Below are positions 1-8,395 of a stretch of 64,000 nt of DNA, one piece after another. The stretch is taken from the IMG/VR virus record IMGVR_UViG_3300029574_000202; one strand, given 5' to 3'. The notes under the pieces are model-generated. The model saw only the letters and a program-made list of their open reading frames with translations, was not told the origin of the DNA and did not search any database. The DNA is from a virus. Numbering within the stretch: the first letter of the stretch is position 1; every line of letters begins with the position of its first letter. A program made the position numbers and the translations under genes.

Positions 1-774
1 AAAGGATTTATAAATTTCAAAGCGAGCAAGGTAAGAGGAGAAGTGGCGGAATATGAAATAGTTGGACTTGCAGCGTTTCTTGTGGAAACACAAACGGAAA
101 CGCAAAGTGGTACACAAACGGAAACGCAAAGTGGTACACAAACGGAAACGCAAAGTGGTACACAAACGGAAACGCAAAGTGGTACACAAACGGAAACGCA
201 AAGTGGTACACAAACGGAAACGCAAAGTGGTACACAAACGGAAACGCAAAGTGGTACACAAACGGAAAGAAAAAAAGAAGACATTCCCCCCATACCCCCT
301 ATAGAAGAAAAAAAGAAAGAAGTGTCTTATCAGACGGATAGCGGTCGTTCGACCGCTGGGACTTTGCATCAGCGGTGTCGTAAGTTTTTCGAAGCGTATG
401 TATCTGAACGATACCCCGAAGAATATTACTGGACGGCAAAAGATGCTGGGCAACTAAAGGTTCTACTAAATGCCATCCGTTTCACTCGTAAAAGTCACAA
501 AGCGGAAGACGGTCACGCCGACCCGCGTCCGACCGACGACGAGAATATGTTCAGTGCATTCAAGGCTTTTGTAGAGTACGCTTACAATAAAGGCGACACA
601 TGGTTACTTGGAAATTTTACCATACCAAACCTAAGTTCACGATACAACTCATTGCGTCAAACAACAAACAGAATAGAAACAAATGGAACACAGCGAAGAA
701 AAGAATCAGGCGTACCAACCTACGCAAGCAAGGACGAATATGACAAGGGGTTTGCGACTCCCGCTAAGCGATAG
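1..774 (+). CDS. Partial (5'-truncated at window edge) replication-initiator-like protein; contains in-frame 24-bp tandem repeats (TQTETQSG x7) resembling iterons embedded in an initiator gene (lambda O-like arrangement)
   Basis: Frame 1 is open from nt 1 through 774 with no upstream stop, so the gene likely starts left of the window; the first in-window Met is at 43. The repeat array is translated in frame. It is followed directly by DnaC-like and DnaB-like genes. Confidence 0.4.
   Translation, partial: KGFINFKASKVRGEVAEYEIVGLAAFLVETQTETQSGTQTETQSGTQTETQSGTQTETQSGTQTETQSGTQTETQSGTQTETQSGTQTERKKEDIPPIPPIEEKKKEVSYQTDSGRSTAGTLHQRCRKFFEAYVSERYPEEYYWTAKDAGQLKVLLNAIRFTRKSHKAEDGHADPRPTDDENMFSAFKAFVEYAYNKGDTWLLGNFTIPNLSSRYNSLRQTTNRIETNGTQRRKESGVPTYASKDEYDKGFATPAKR
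89..269. repeat. Tandem direct repeat: 24-bp unit cacaaacggaaacgcaaagtggta x7 plus a partial eighth copy; candidate origin iterons
   Basis: Perfect head-to-tail copies at 89-112, 113-136, 137-160, 161-184, 185-208, 209-232 and 233-256, with a partial copy from 257 to about 269. Confidence 0.9.
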
Positions 775-1342
775 AGAAGCAAAGAACTTGATTTATGGCT
801 TCTATAAAAGAGAAGTCGAAGTAAGGAAACGTATCTTTCAGTTTACGAAAGAGTTGCGGAACAATATTTCCCGTATTGGCGATTTTCTTACTGTTGAAGA
901 CAACTTCTATGGGCTCTTTATCCCCGGTACAGTCGGTAACGGCAAAACCACTATGATGAGAGCCATAAAGGATTTGCTCGTATACCTAATAGACAAAGAA
1001 AAAATAATCTATTGCGAGGGAGACAAATATCCAACTTTTATTACTGCAAGAGAGTTGGCAGAGTTGTCATGTGATAGAAGTGCTTTAAGAATCGTTAAGA
1101 ACACGAAATATTTGTTCATTGATGATTTAGGAGCAGAACCTGTAGAAATCTCCAATTACGGAAATTTTATATACCCCTACATTGACGTACTTGAGTACAG
1201 ATATGATAGGTTACTACCAACTTTTATCTCTTCTAATTTCAGTGCAAGCGACTTGGGTAATAAGTATGAGAGCGAGCGTGTGACCGATAGAATGAAGGAA
1301 ATGTTTCAAATTATTAGCTTTAAGGAGGAGTCATTCAGATGA
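683..1342 (+). CDS. DnaC/IstB-like AAA+ helicase loader
   Basis: Walker A GTVGNGKTTMMRAI and Walker B LFIDDLG; size about 220 aa; sits directly upstream of the DnaB-like gene with an ATGA overlap. The start could instead be at 740 (MTRGLRL). Confidence 0.65.
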   Translation: MEHSEEKNQAYQPTQARTNMTRGLRLPLSDREAKNLIYGFYKREVEVRKRIFQFTKELRNNISRIGDFLTVEDNFYGLFIPGTVGNGKTTMMRAIKDLLVYLIDKEKIIYCEGDKYPTFITARELAELSCDRSALRIVKNTKYLFIDDLGAEPVEISNYGNFIYPYIDVLEYRYDRLLPTFISSNFSASDLGNKYESERVTDRMKEMFQIISFKEESFR

Positions 1343-2736
1343 GCACAGATACAAAAAATGCCTCACTAATAAATGATATTGGAGAAGAGAAGTTTGTAAT
1401 AGGCTGCTTGCTTATGGATCAGACTGCATACACAATTGCGAGTCAGCATTTGACTGACGACTGTTTTTACGACAGCACATGTAAGAGCATCTGGAAGGCC
1501 ATAGACATGATGGGCAAAAATGGCATCCCAATAGACCTAATTACGGTTTCAGCCGAATTGGCGAAGAAAAAAGAGCGGATTTCGGCGATAGACCTTGTAA
1601 ACATCATGTCTATGGTTGCATCTACCGCAGGGATGGAATATCATATTATACGCCTCGTTGATTTAAGCAGGAGACGCAAGATGTGGCTGATAGGACAAAA
1701 ACTATCAAACGTTGGGCTTTCAGAAGAAATACCCACAGCAGATGCACATCAGCAAGCAATAGATGGCATAAACGGTGTTTTTGAGCAAGCGGAAGGTGTC
1801 TTTACGCTTGAAGATTCCATGAAGTGTTTGAATAGCATTATCAGCTTAAACATGAAGCATGGCGGTGTTACTACTGGCACTAAGACAGGATTTGCACCAT
1901 TTGATGCAAAGGGTGGACTGCAAAAATCGGATTTGATAATCATAGCCGGCGAGACTTCAATGGGAAAGAGTTCACTCGCGTTGACAATAACAAGACATGC
2001 GATAGAGACAAACGAAAAGGTCGCGTTCTATTCCATGGAGATGACCAAGGAACAATTGGCAGCTCGAATGATTTCGGCAAAAACAAACATACCTGCAAAT
2101 ACAATACTTTACTCAGGAAATATGTCTTCAGAAGAAATAAAGATGATAGACGAAGCACGGGGCGCACTTCCTGGAAAGAACCTTTTCTTCGACGATAAGA
2201 GCACATCAAACATAGACTCCATTTTATTATCAATAAGAATGATGAAAATGAAATCTGACATAGGCGGAGCTGTAGTTGACTATCTTCAAATACTCAACGT
2301 AAATTCTAAAAACACAAGCTTTAGTCGAGAACAAGCGATGGGTGACGCTGCACGTAGGTTCAAAAACCTAGCAAAAGAACTCGGTATTTGGATAATAGCA
2401 CTAAGTCAATTATCACGCGATAGTAACAATCCTGAGCCGAACCTAAACCGCCTTAGAGACAGTGGACAGATAGGAGAAGCAGCAGATATAGTGATGCTCA
2501 TATACCGACCAGAATATTACAATCGAAGTTATCCTGCCCCATATGACAATCGTGAAGAATATCCAATTGAAGGAACAGCAATGATAGATGTAGCGAAAGG
2601 AAGAAACATTGGAACATTCAAATTCTTTCTTGGCTTTGACAAAAAGACAACCAATTTCTACATATCCGATTCTTTCTCAAATACGCCGCATCTAACAGAC
2701 GCAAACGAGCCAATTGAAGAAGACGCACCATTCTGA
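1339..2736 (+). CDS. DnaB-family replicative DNA helicase
   Basis: N-terminal DnaB-like domain. RecA-fold motifs: Walker A IIAGETSMGKSSLALTI, Walker B GGAVVDYLQIL, IIALSQLSRD, and arginine finger region RDSGQIGEAADIVMLIYR. Length 465 aa. Confidence 0.85.
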   Translation: MSTDTKNASLINDIGEEKFVIGCLLMDQTAYTIASQHLTDDCFYDSTCKSIWKAIDMMGKNGIPIDLITVSAELAKKKERISAIDLVNIMSMVASTAGMEYHIIRLVDLSRRRKMWLIGQKLSNVGLSEEIPTADAHQQAIDGINGVFEQAEGVFTLEDSMKCLNSIISLNMKHGGVTTGTKTGFAPFDAKGGLQKSDLIIIAGETSMGKSSLALTITRHAIETNEKVAFYSMEMTKEQLAARMISAKTNIPANTILYSGNMSSEEIKMIDEARGALPGKNLFFDDKSTSNIDSILLSIRMMKMKSDIGGAVVDYLQILNVNSKNTSFSREQAMGDAARRFKNLAKELGIWIIALSQLSRDSNNPEPNLNRLRDSGQIGEAADIVMLIYRPEYYNRSYPAPYDNREEYPIEGTAMIDVAKGRNIGTFKFFLGFDKKTTNFYISDSFSNTPHLTDANEPIEEDAPF

Positions 2737-2761
2737 TATTCAGCAAGTTACAAGTTTTAAA

Positions 2762-2892
2762 TTTAGTATTTTTAACTAAAATATCTATTAGTATATTTGC
2801 ATATATACGAATATGTTAGTACCTTTGCATATAGTTAAGAAGCAGGTAGAATTGACTAACAGGTCGCTACCTAACAAGTTAAACCAATTAAA
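2762..2892 (+). promoter_or_regulatory. Repeated promoter-leader cassette, copy A. It has a Bacteroidetes -33 TTTG / -7 TAnnTTTG promoter (tatatTTTGcatatatacgaatatgttagTAccTTTGcatatag), a leader hairpin AGGTAG-N17-CTACCT, and gttaaaccaattaaa just before the ATG at 2905.
   Basis: At least 95% identical to copies at 15925..16055 and 22911..23043. The two TTTG elements are 20 nt apart, matching the Bacteroides sigma-AB consensus spacing. Confidence 0.6.
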
Positions 2893-2904
2893 ACATTAAA
2901 GATT

Positions 2905-3132
2905 ATGAAAGCAATAAAGATTAACAACTTCTCAGAGTCATTGGTACTCGTTTTCGTTGAGAATAATATAACATTCGCATACAATTGGGGAAACGCAATT
3001 GTTATGGGTACAAGCAGCATAGAGAAACTTAAGGCTCGCTTGATGAAAATAGGTGTAGCCCCTTCTGATGTTGAACTTCTTTCTTGCGAGGTGATTGAAC
3101 TTAACAACGCAAGTGATATATACGATTTTTAA
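2905..3132 (+). CDS. hypothetical protein (75 aa); the N-terminus MKAIK is shared with the ORF at 23054, which follows another copy of the cassette
   Basis: ORF directly downstream of the promoter cassette; start context is identical to 23054. Confidence 0.4.
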   Translation: MKAIKINNFSESLVLVFVENNITFAYNWGNAIVMGTSSIEKLKARLMKIGVAPSDVELLSCEVIELNNASDIYDF

Positions 3133-3152
3133 CCAATTAAATCCACAATATA

Positions 3153-3344
3153 ATGAATACCATAACATTAGATTTCGAAAAATTAGCAGAAGCAATGGTT
3201 GTTTCGTTCAAGTACAACACAAAAGAAGAACATAGAGGCGCATTAGCTATGCTGAGCATGATTGTTGGCAATGGAGATATGTATAACAAGATTTGCGAAA
3301 TAGCTGAAAAGAAACTCGCAGAAGAAAAGAACAACGAAAAGTAA
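3153..3344 (+). CDS. hypothetical protein (63 aa)
   Basis: ORF preceded by ttaaccaattaaa about 15 nt upstream of the ATG. Confidence 0.35.
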   Translation: MNTITLDFEKLAEAMVVSFKYNTKEEHRGALAMLSMIVGNGDMYNKICEIAEKKLAEEKNNEK

Positions 3345-3360
3345 TTAGGGAGATACGGCA

Positions 3361-3741
3361 ATGACAAAAGAAAAAGAAATTCAGATTTTACAATCACTTA
3401 AAGGTGATACGTATTTTGCACAGATGTTTGGCGACGACATCGACAGGATGTGTGAGAACATTAGCGTTGATTTTGCAATCGAGAGCGGCTGTAAGTTTAA
3501 CACAAAAGCCGAGGTTTTACAAAAGGAGCTTAAAGAACAAAAGGAGCAAGCGAAGCAGGAGGCATTGGATTTTGCTTACTGCATCATCCTAGCTTTTCGC
3601 GAAGGAGACGGTGTGCGCGACAAGGTTTATCAGACGATAGAATCTCACATCGGTATTGATGAGATGATTAAGTTCAAGCACTCACAAAAAATAGAGCTTT
3701 CCGATACGGAAATCAACTACCTGGTCGGCAAGCTTAGATAA
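3361..3741 (+). CDS. hypothetical protein (126 aa)
   Basis: ORF in the same orientation; an a/g-rich stretch precedes the ATG. Confidence 0.4.
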   Translation: MTKEKEIQILQSLKGDTYFAQMFGDDIDRMCENISVDFAIESGCKFNTKAEVLQKELKEQKEQAKQEALDFAYCIILAFREGDGVRDKVYQTIESHIGIDEMIKFKHSQKIELSDTEINYLVGKLR

Positions 3742-3744
3742 CAG

Positions 3745-4125
3745 TTTATACCATCCGTGCTGCGATGTGGCGCACAAGTAGTTCGAGCCTACGCACGGAA
3801 CAAAGGCATCATTAGCCTTAGGCAGTCTTACAGATTTTCGGTTATCAATTACCTTTGAGCCGTTTCCTGCCTCGTAAACAAAGAAAGGACTGAAAGGGGA
3901 AAGGGTGAGGTGAACACTAAACACAGCAGGAAAGGGTGCTCAATCCCACCGCCAAACCTTGGTGATGGCGCAAAATCACAAGGCGTGAGAAAACATGAAA
4001 AATCCCGAGTGGCGCACGGCTATGCGTCACGTTGAAACAAACGTTAAGTAGAAGACGATAACTTAAAATAATCCGTTGGGCGAAAACGTTAAGCGCATTT
4101 AAATATTCACTCAAAACATATACAA
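3745..4125. other. About 380-bp non-coding island, GC-richer than its flanks; candidate structured ncRNA or regulatory region
   Basis: No plausible ORF on the plus strand. The minus-strand ORFs at 3682..3924 and 3917..4114 look like low-complexity artefacts. The motif gtggcgcac recurs at 3767 and 4010. The surrounding phage DNA is otherwise tightly packed. Confidence 0.2.
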
Positions 4126-4126
4126 A

Positions 4127-4423
4127 ATGGAAACAGCATCAATAATTGTAGAAATTGGAACTATTTGCAACGGCAATATCGTAAAAAATAAAGTTACGTT
4201 ACAAATACCGAGAGAGGCAGCGGTGATAATAAGCGAGGCTTGGAACAACGATGAGCTGCCGCAGCGCGAAGCTATTGTGGCGCACAATCTTTTGGGCAAC
4301 CAGTTTGCACACTGCGACCTTGTGATTGATAACGGCATCGGTGGAGGTATGCTTAATATGGTAAAAGAAAACACTGACCACGAGAAGTATTTCAGTGCTG
4401 AAGAATACGAAAAAGAAGAGTAA
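4127..4423 (+). CDS. hypothetical protein (98 aa)
   Basis: ORF. Confidence 0.4.
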   Translation: METASIIVEIGTICNGNIVKNKVTLQIPREAAVIISEAWNNDELPQREAIVAHNLLGNQFAHCDLVIDNGIGGGMLNMVKENTDHEKYFSAEEYEKEE

Positions 4424-4582
4424 ATGGCAGCATTAAACATTAATACACGATACAACTGTGAAACGTGTGAAGCAGCCGACAAATACGGTAGAGGATGTAA
4501 GCATGGACTTATGTTTCCTGTCCTGCTGGCTATGATGAAAGCTTACAATTGTCCCAATTATAAATTCAAAAACAAAGAATAA
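4424..4582 (+). CDS. small Cys-rich hypothetical protein (about 52 aa, MAALNINTRYNCETCEAADKYGRGCKHG...)
   Basis: Short ORF that is absent from the >=60 aa track. It fills the gap between 4423 and 4584 and contains CxxC plus two further Cys. Confidence 0.25.
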   Translation: MAALNINTRYNCETCEAADKYGRGCKHGLMFPVLLAMMKAYNCPNYKFKNKE

Positions 4583-4583
4583 T

Positions 4584-4865
4584 ATGATAGAAATTCCAAA
4601 GTCAAATGCCCGTGAGCAACAGGAAAACGAACTTGCATCATGGGTGCTCGAGAAGCTGGAGACAAGAAACGAAGTACAAATTTTACAGCGAACCGATGGT
4701 TGTTGCGCAGGAAATTGGGTTGGTAGTTTGCCTAATGAAGAATGGCACACATCGTCTTTTGAAGCGGTGGAAAACGTTGTACGAGCGTTTCGCCGACAAG
4801 GATATTCTGTTACCGAGCATTGCTCGATGCGTTACCCAAGTGCTTATATAAACTTTAGAAAATAA
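4584..4865 (+). CDS. hypothetical protein (93 aa)
   Basis: ORF. Confidence 0.4.
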   Translation: MIEIPKSNAREQQENELASWVLEKLETRNEVQILQRTDGCCAGNWVGSLPNEEWHTSSFEAVENVVRAFRRQGYSVTEHCSMRYPSAYINFRK

Positions 4866-4869
4866 CGAT

Positions 4870-5313
4870 ATGGCTACAGTTAGAAAACCACAAGAAGCAC
4901 CGACATCGTCTCCAGCTTGCACGCAAGAAATACCTACATTATCGTCCGTCTACGTTGTCGTTGGCGAGTCTTACGACCAGATGGAGGACAACGAAAAGGA
5001 TGTAATAAATATCCGGCACGGTATTCTTCGCATCTTTGCAACTAAGGAGGATGTAAAAGCTTACATACAAAAGTATTTCGACGAAGCTTTCCCTGACGAC
5101 GCAACGCTTTACACGCTGGAAGATAAAAAAGGACTGTACAAAGCAAAGATAACCGTAAAGGTTCGAAATAACTTAAAAAGCGCCGTTTCGTGTGAAGGTA
5201 GTCTTGAAGGTCGCGTCTACAACCTAAGTATAGAAGCTTACGAGGTCGACATCACTACCGGCACCGACGGACTGGTTGGCGACGACGATTTAGATGATGC
5301 CTTGTATGAATAA
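4870..5313 (+). CDS. hypothetical protein (147 aa) with an acidic C-terminus
   Basis: ORF. Confidence 0.45.
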   Translation: MATVRKPQEAPTSSPACTQEIPTLSSVYVVVGESYDQMEDNEKDVINIRHGILRIFATKEDVKAYIQKYFDEAFPDDATLYTLEDKKGLYKAKITVKVRNNLKSAVSCEGSLEGRVYNLSIEAYEVDITTGTDGLVGDDDLDDALYE

Positions 5314-5581
5314 AAAAATATATACACCACAAATGTTGGCAGAACATTTTAAGGTAACTACACTTAATCCATACAGTATAAGGTTTCAGGAGCCTGTAAA
5401 TGTTCAAGGGAGAAAGAGATACAATAAAGCTGAAGCCGTTAGTTTATCTGTAACAGAAAACAGAAAATTCGGTTTTTCATCTGTAGTTCATGTCATCGTG
5501 GATGGACATTACAGAAAAGTTAATTGGGATAAACTTTCAGACAGCGAAAAAATACTAATACAAAACAAATTAAATATATAA
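5294..5581 (+). CDS. hypothetical protein (95 aa)
   Basis: ORF. Confidence 0.35.
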   Translation: MMPCMNKKIYTPQMLAEHFKVTTLNPYSIRFQEPVNVQGRKRYNKAEAVSLSVTENRKFGFSSVVHVIVDGHYRKVNWDKLSDSEKILIQNKLNI

Positions 5582-5585
5582 AAAG

Positions 5586-6026
5586 ATGGTAAAAGGGACT
5601 GAAACGTTCAAGAAAGTAATAAAAGGCTATCTTGATAATAGGGCAGCCAATGACGATTTGTTTGCTGCACGTTATAACAATAAGGATAAGTCAATTGACG
5701 AATGTTGCGATTATATAATCGAGCAGGTAAAGAAAACAGGATGCAATGGATTTGTCGATGAAGAAATATTTGGCATGGCAATTCACTATTATGACGAAGA
5801 CGGTATAAAACCGCAATGTAGCCATTCTGCATGCTCTGTTATAGTAAACCTTTCTGACCACACGAAAGAACAACTCGAACAAAAAGCGAAAGAAGAATTT
5901 CAAGACAGATATCTCGCCAAGCTTGAGGCAGAGGATAAAGCTAAAAAAGAATCAGCGAGGCGCAAGGCTCAAGAAAAGAAACAAAAAGAAGAGGCGGCTG
6001 GTCAGCTTAGCCTGTTTGATATCTAA
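5586..6026 (+). CDS. PcfK-like small protein; the C-terminus QLSLFDI matches the beta sliding-clamp binding motif QL[SD]LF
   Basis: 146 aa with a Lys/Glu-rich coiled C-terminal half ending ...AAGQLSLFDI. The size and the adjacency to a roughly 416-aa partner are as seen in PcfK/PcfJ pairs of Bacteroidales mobile elements. The family assignment is from memory. Confidence 0.45.
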   Translation: MVKGTETFKKVIKGYLDNRAANDDLFAARYNNKDKSIDECCDYIIEQVKKTGCNGFVDEEIFGMAIHYYDEDGIKPQCSHSACSVIVNLSDHTKEQLEQKAKEEFQDRYLAKLEAEDKAKKESARRKAQEKKQKEEAAGQLSLFDI

Positions 6027-6037
6027 ATCTAAAAAAA

Positions 6038-7288
6038 ATGAAGCCACGAAACAAATTAGAAAGGGAGGTAGTGGAACTATCTGCTAAGCTCCCAATTATA
6101 TCCCAACATCAAGAAAAATGGGCAAAAGAACGCCTTATTAGAATAGAAGAGGCTTATAATCGTTCATCACGTATAACAGTCAGTTCTTTTCTTGTTATAA
6201 CAACATACAAAGGGTGGCAAGTAATAAGGTATTACATGATGTACACAAAGGTTGCCTATCATAAGGCTATAAAAACTTGGTTCGTAGAGTGTTTTCAACA
6301 TTGGCTAAAAGACGGGAAATACGTTTTTCTTTCGAAACCGAGAGCAATGGGATATATAAACGATGCTTTTATACCATTTGCAGAAATGACAATAAAGCGT
6401 GATTATTGCTCTTACCTTGGTGATCCTCGTGATGTTTGTGGGTGGTCTGTAGTTTACTATGCAAGACTTCAACCCAAATACAAATATATATTGCAAAATA
6501 GAAAGGACATTGACGTTGATGTATTATTACGCACCGTTAATGCAAGCCCATATAACGAAACACTTCTTCGCAAATATCCTAAAGTATGGGTAGAAAGCAG
6601 GACTAAGGGCTTTATATATGACACCGAAAAAACTGCGGCAATCAAGATAGCAATACGACACAAGTATAGGACAACGCCAGAATGGTACGATATGATAGAT
6701 AACCTCGCATATCTTAAAAAAGACTTACATAATCCAGCATTTGTGTGCCCGGCAAACTTACATGAAGCTCATGACAAATGGATGGCAGCAGCTCAAAAAA
6801 AGAGAGAACGCATGTCAGACAAAATGACAAAGTTAAGACAAATAGCAGAAGAAAAGGCAGAGCTTCGACGTTTAGAAGAGGCGGAGAAATATAATGAGAA
6901 GCTACGCAATGAAGCCAAATCTCTATCGGCACTATATATTAAAAAACGGGAACGCTACTTCGACATAGATATTACAGATGGTATTATACACATCCAAGTT
7001 CTAAAGTCAGTGGATGAATTTTTCGAAGAAGGCAAAGAAATGTGTCACTGTGTTTTTTCAAATAGATATTATGATATAAATAGAAAGCCGAATTGCCTTA
7101 TATTATCAGCCAGGATAAATGGCAAACGAACAGAGACGATAGAGGTGGATTTATACTCTAATTTAGTAATTCAATGCCGCGGAAAGCACAATATGGATAG
7201 CAAATACCACAAACAGATTATGAACTTAATCAACTCTAATATGTGGCAGATAAAACTATTACATGAACACCATGCAAATGCTGTATAA
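6038..7288 (+). CDS. PcfJ-like protein (416 aa)
   Basis: Size and position immediately downstream of the PcfK-like gene; the family call is recollection only. Confidence 0.4.
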   Translation: MKPRNKLEREVVELSAKLPIISQHQEKWAKERLIRIEEAYNRSSRITVSSFLVITTYKGWQVIRYYMMYTKVAYHKAIKTWFVECFQHWLKDGKYVFLSKPRAMGYINDAFIPFAEMTIKRDYCSYLGDPRDVCGWSVVYYARLQPKYKYILQNRKDIDVDVLLRTVNASPYNETLLRKYPKVWVESRTKGFIYDTEKTAAIKIAIRHKYRTTPEWYDMIDNLAYLKKDLHNPAFVCPANLHEAHDKWMAAAQKKRERMSDKMTKLRQIAEEKAELRRLEEAEKYNEKLRNEAKSLSALYIKKRERYFDIDITDGIIHIQVLKSVDEFFEEGKEMCHCVFSNRYYDINRKPNCLILSARINGKRTETIEVDLYSNLVIQCRGKHNMDSKYHKQIMNLINSNMWQIKLLHEHHANAV

Positions 7289-7314
7289 AAATGGCGTTTT
7301 TGATTAAAACAACC

Positions 7315-7420
7315 CTTGATATATTTGCATATATGCAAATATATTAGTACCTTTGTATATAGAAAGTTGGAAGTTAGATTTGATTGTCCAAATCATCCGA
7401 ATAAGTTAAACCAATTAAAT
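7315..7420 (+). promoter_or_regulatory. Diverged copy D of the promoter-leader cassette. It has atatTTTGcatatatgcaaatatattagTAccTTTGtatatag, a different leader hairpin (GATTTGA...TCAAATC) and gttaaaccaattaaattcag.
   Basis: The promoter core and the downstream taaaccaattaaa are conserved. The leader hairpin sequence is replaced but a hairpin is retained. Confidence 0.5.
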
Positions 7421-7549
7421 TCAGTGTAATATAAATACAAAATAAAAAGTCCAGACATCCACAAAGCGGAGACAAATAATGTTAAATTATTGTTAAATAT
7501 TAATATATATCACAACATATATCAAAATAATCACTATTTTTGCAATCAA

Positions 7550-8395
7550 ATGACATACGACTACGACAAATTAAGAGAGTACGTTAAACGATGTAATTGG
7601 TGTTGGGCTCAGTCTATGATAGAAGTGCCGCATGAATACATTCATCGTGACAAGTGCGCATTGACTCGCGAAGAGTTCTATTATTTCGTTAGCGCCCAGC
7701 GTGAAAACGGAATACACGAACGATGGGGTAAATACAATTTCCCATATCTTTACCTGGACGGATACAAGTATTGGACAATGGGAGACCCATTTGAAACCAC
7801 TTGGATTTTAAATCGCCAGAAGGTTTTCAACGAATTTGACTTTCTCGACTGGCCGATTCCAAGACTTCATACAAACCAAGAAATGGACATGATGGCGAAA
7901 ACCATTTTGTATTCATTTAAAGAAAAGAAGGTTTTTGAGGCTGGAATAGGAAATGGCGATTTCGTGAAGTTGTCTAAAATCCGACCGGAAATGTATTATG
8001 GGGTTGACCCTAGCAAAAAGTCAATATTGCAGTTCCGTGCGAACGCATTCGGATTTTATAGAAGGTGCTCTACAAAGTCATTCGAAGAGTCAATCAACAA
8101 ATGGCTTTCAGCAGACAGCGTCGTAATTTCCCTATTTGGAACAGCATCGTATTTCATGCATCAGTATCTAGAGAAACTTGGTAAGAGTGGGATTGATTAC
8201 TGTTTGATGTTTTATCGAGAGGACTTCGAACCTGAAGAGTTCAAAGATATGCATCACTTTAAGTACGACCGGGTACAATTGAAGTCAATGTTCCCAGGCT
8301 GCAATCTCTACAACCACCAAAAATACATAACAATATCAAACAAAAAGTTAGTTTGGCAGCAACCGACAATAGAAAATGAATTATTCCCAGTATGA
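7550..8395 (+). CDS. Class I SAM-dependent methyltransferase-like protein with a Cys-rich N-terminal extension
   Basis: Motif I KVFEAGIGNGDF and motif II YYGVDPS. The ORF track starts at 7490, but the Asn/Ile-rich first 20 codons are doubtful, so the start is placed at 7550 (MTYDYDK). Confidence 0.45.
   Translation: MTYDYDKLREYVKRCNWCWAQSMIEVPHEYIHRDKCALTREEFYYFVSAQRENGIHERWGKYNFPYLYLDGYKYWTMGDPFETTWILNRQKVFNEFDFLDWPIPRLHTNQEMDMMAKTILYSFKEKKVFEAGIGNGDFVKLSKIRPEMYYGVDPSKKSILQFRANAFGFYRRCSTKSFEESINKWLSADSVVISLFGTASYFMHQYLEKLGKSGIDYCLMFYREDFEPEEFKDMHHFKYDRVQLKSMFPGCNLYNHQKYITISNKKLVWQQPTIENELFPV

Noticed and set aside
89-269. Possible CRISPR array
   Set aside because: The repeats are contiguous 24-bp units with no spacers, they lie in an open reading frame, and there are no cas genes. 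They are interpreted as iterons.
17-304. The ORFs at 17..259 (minus) and 62..304 (plus) in the ORF track
   Set aside because: They are alternative-frame translations of the same tandem repeat (FAFPFVYH and KRKRKVVH repeats). They are artefacts of the periodic sequence.
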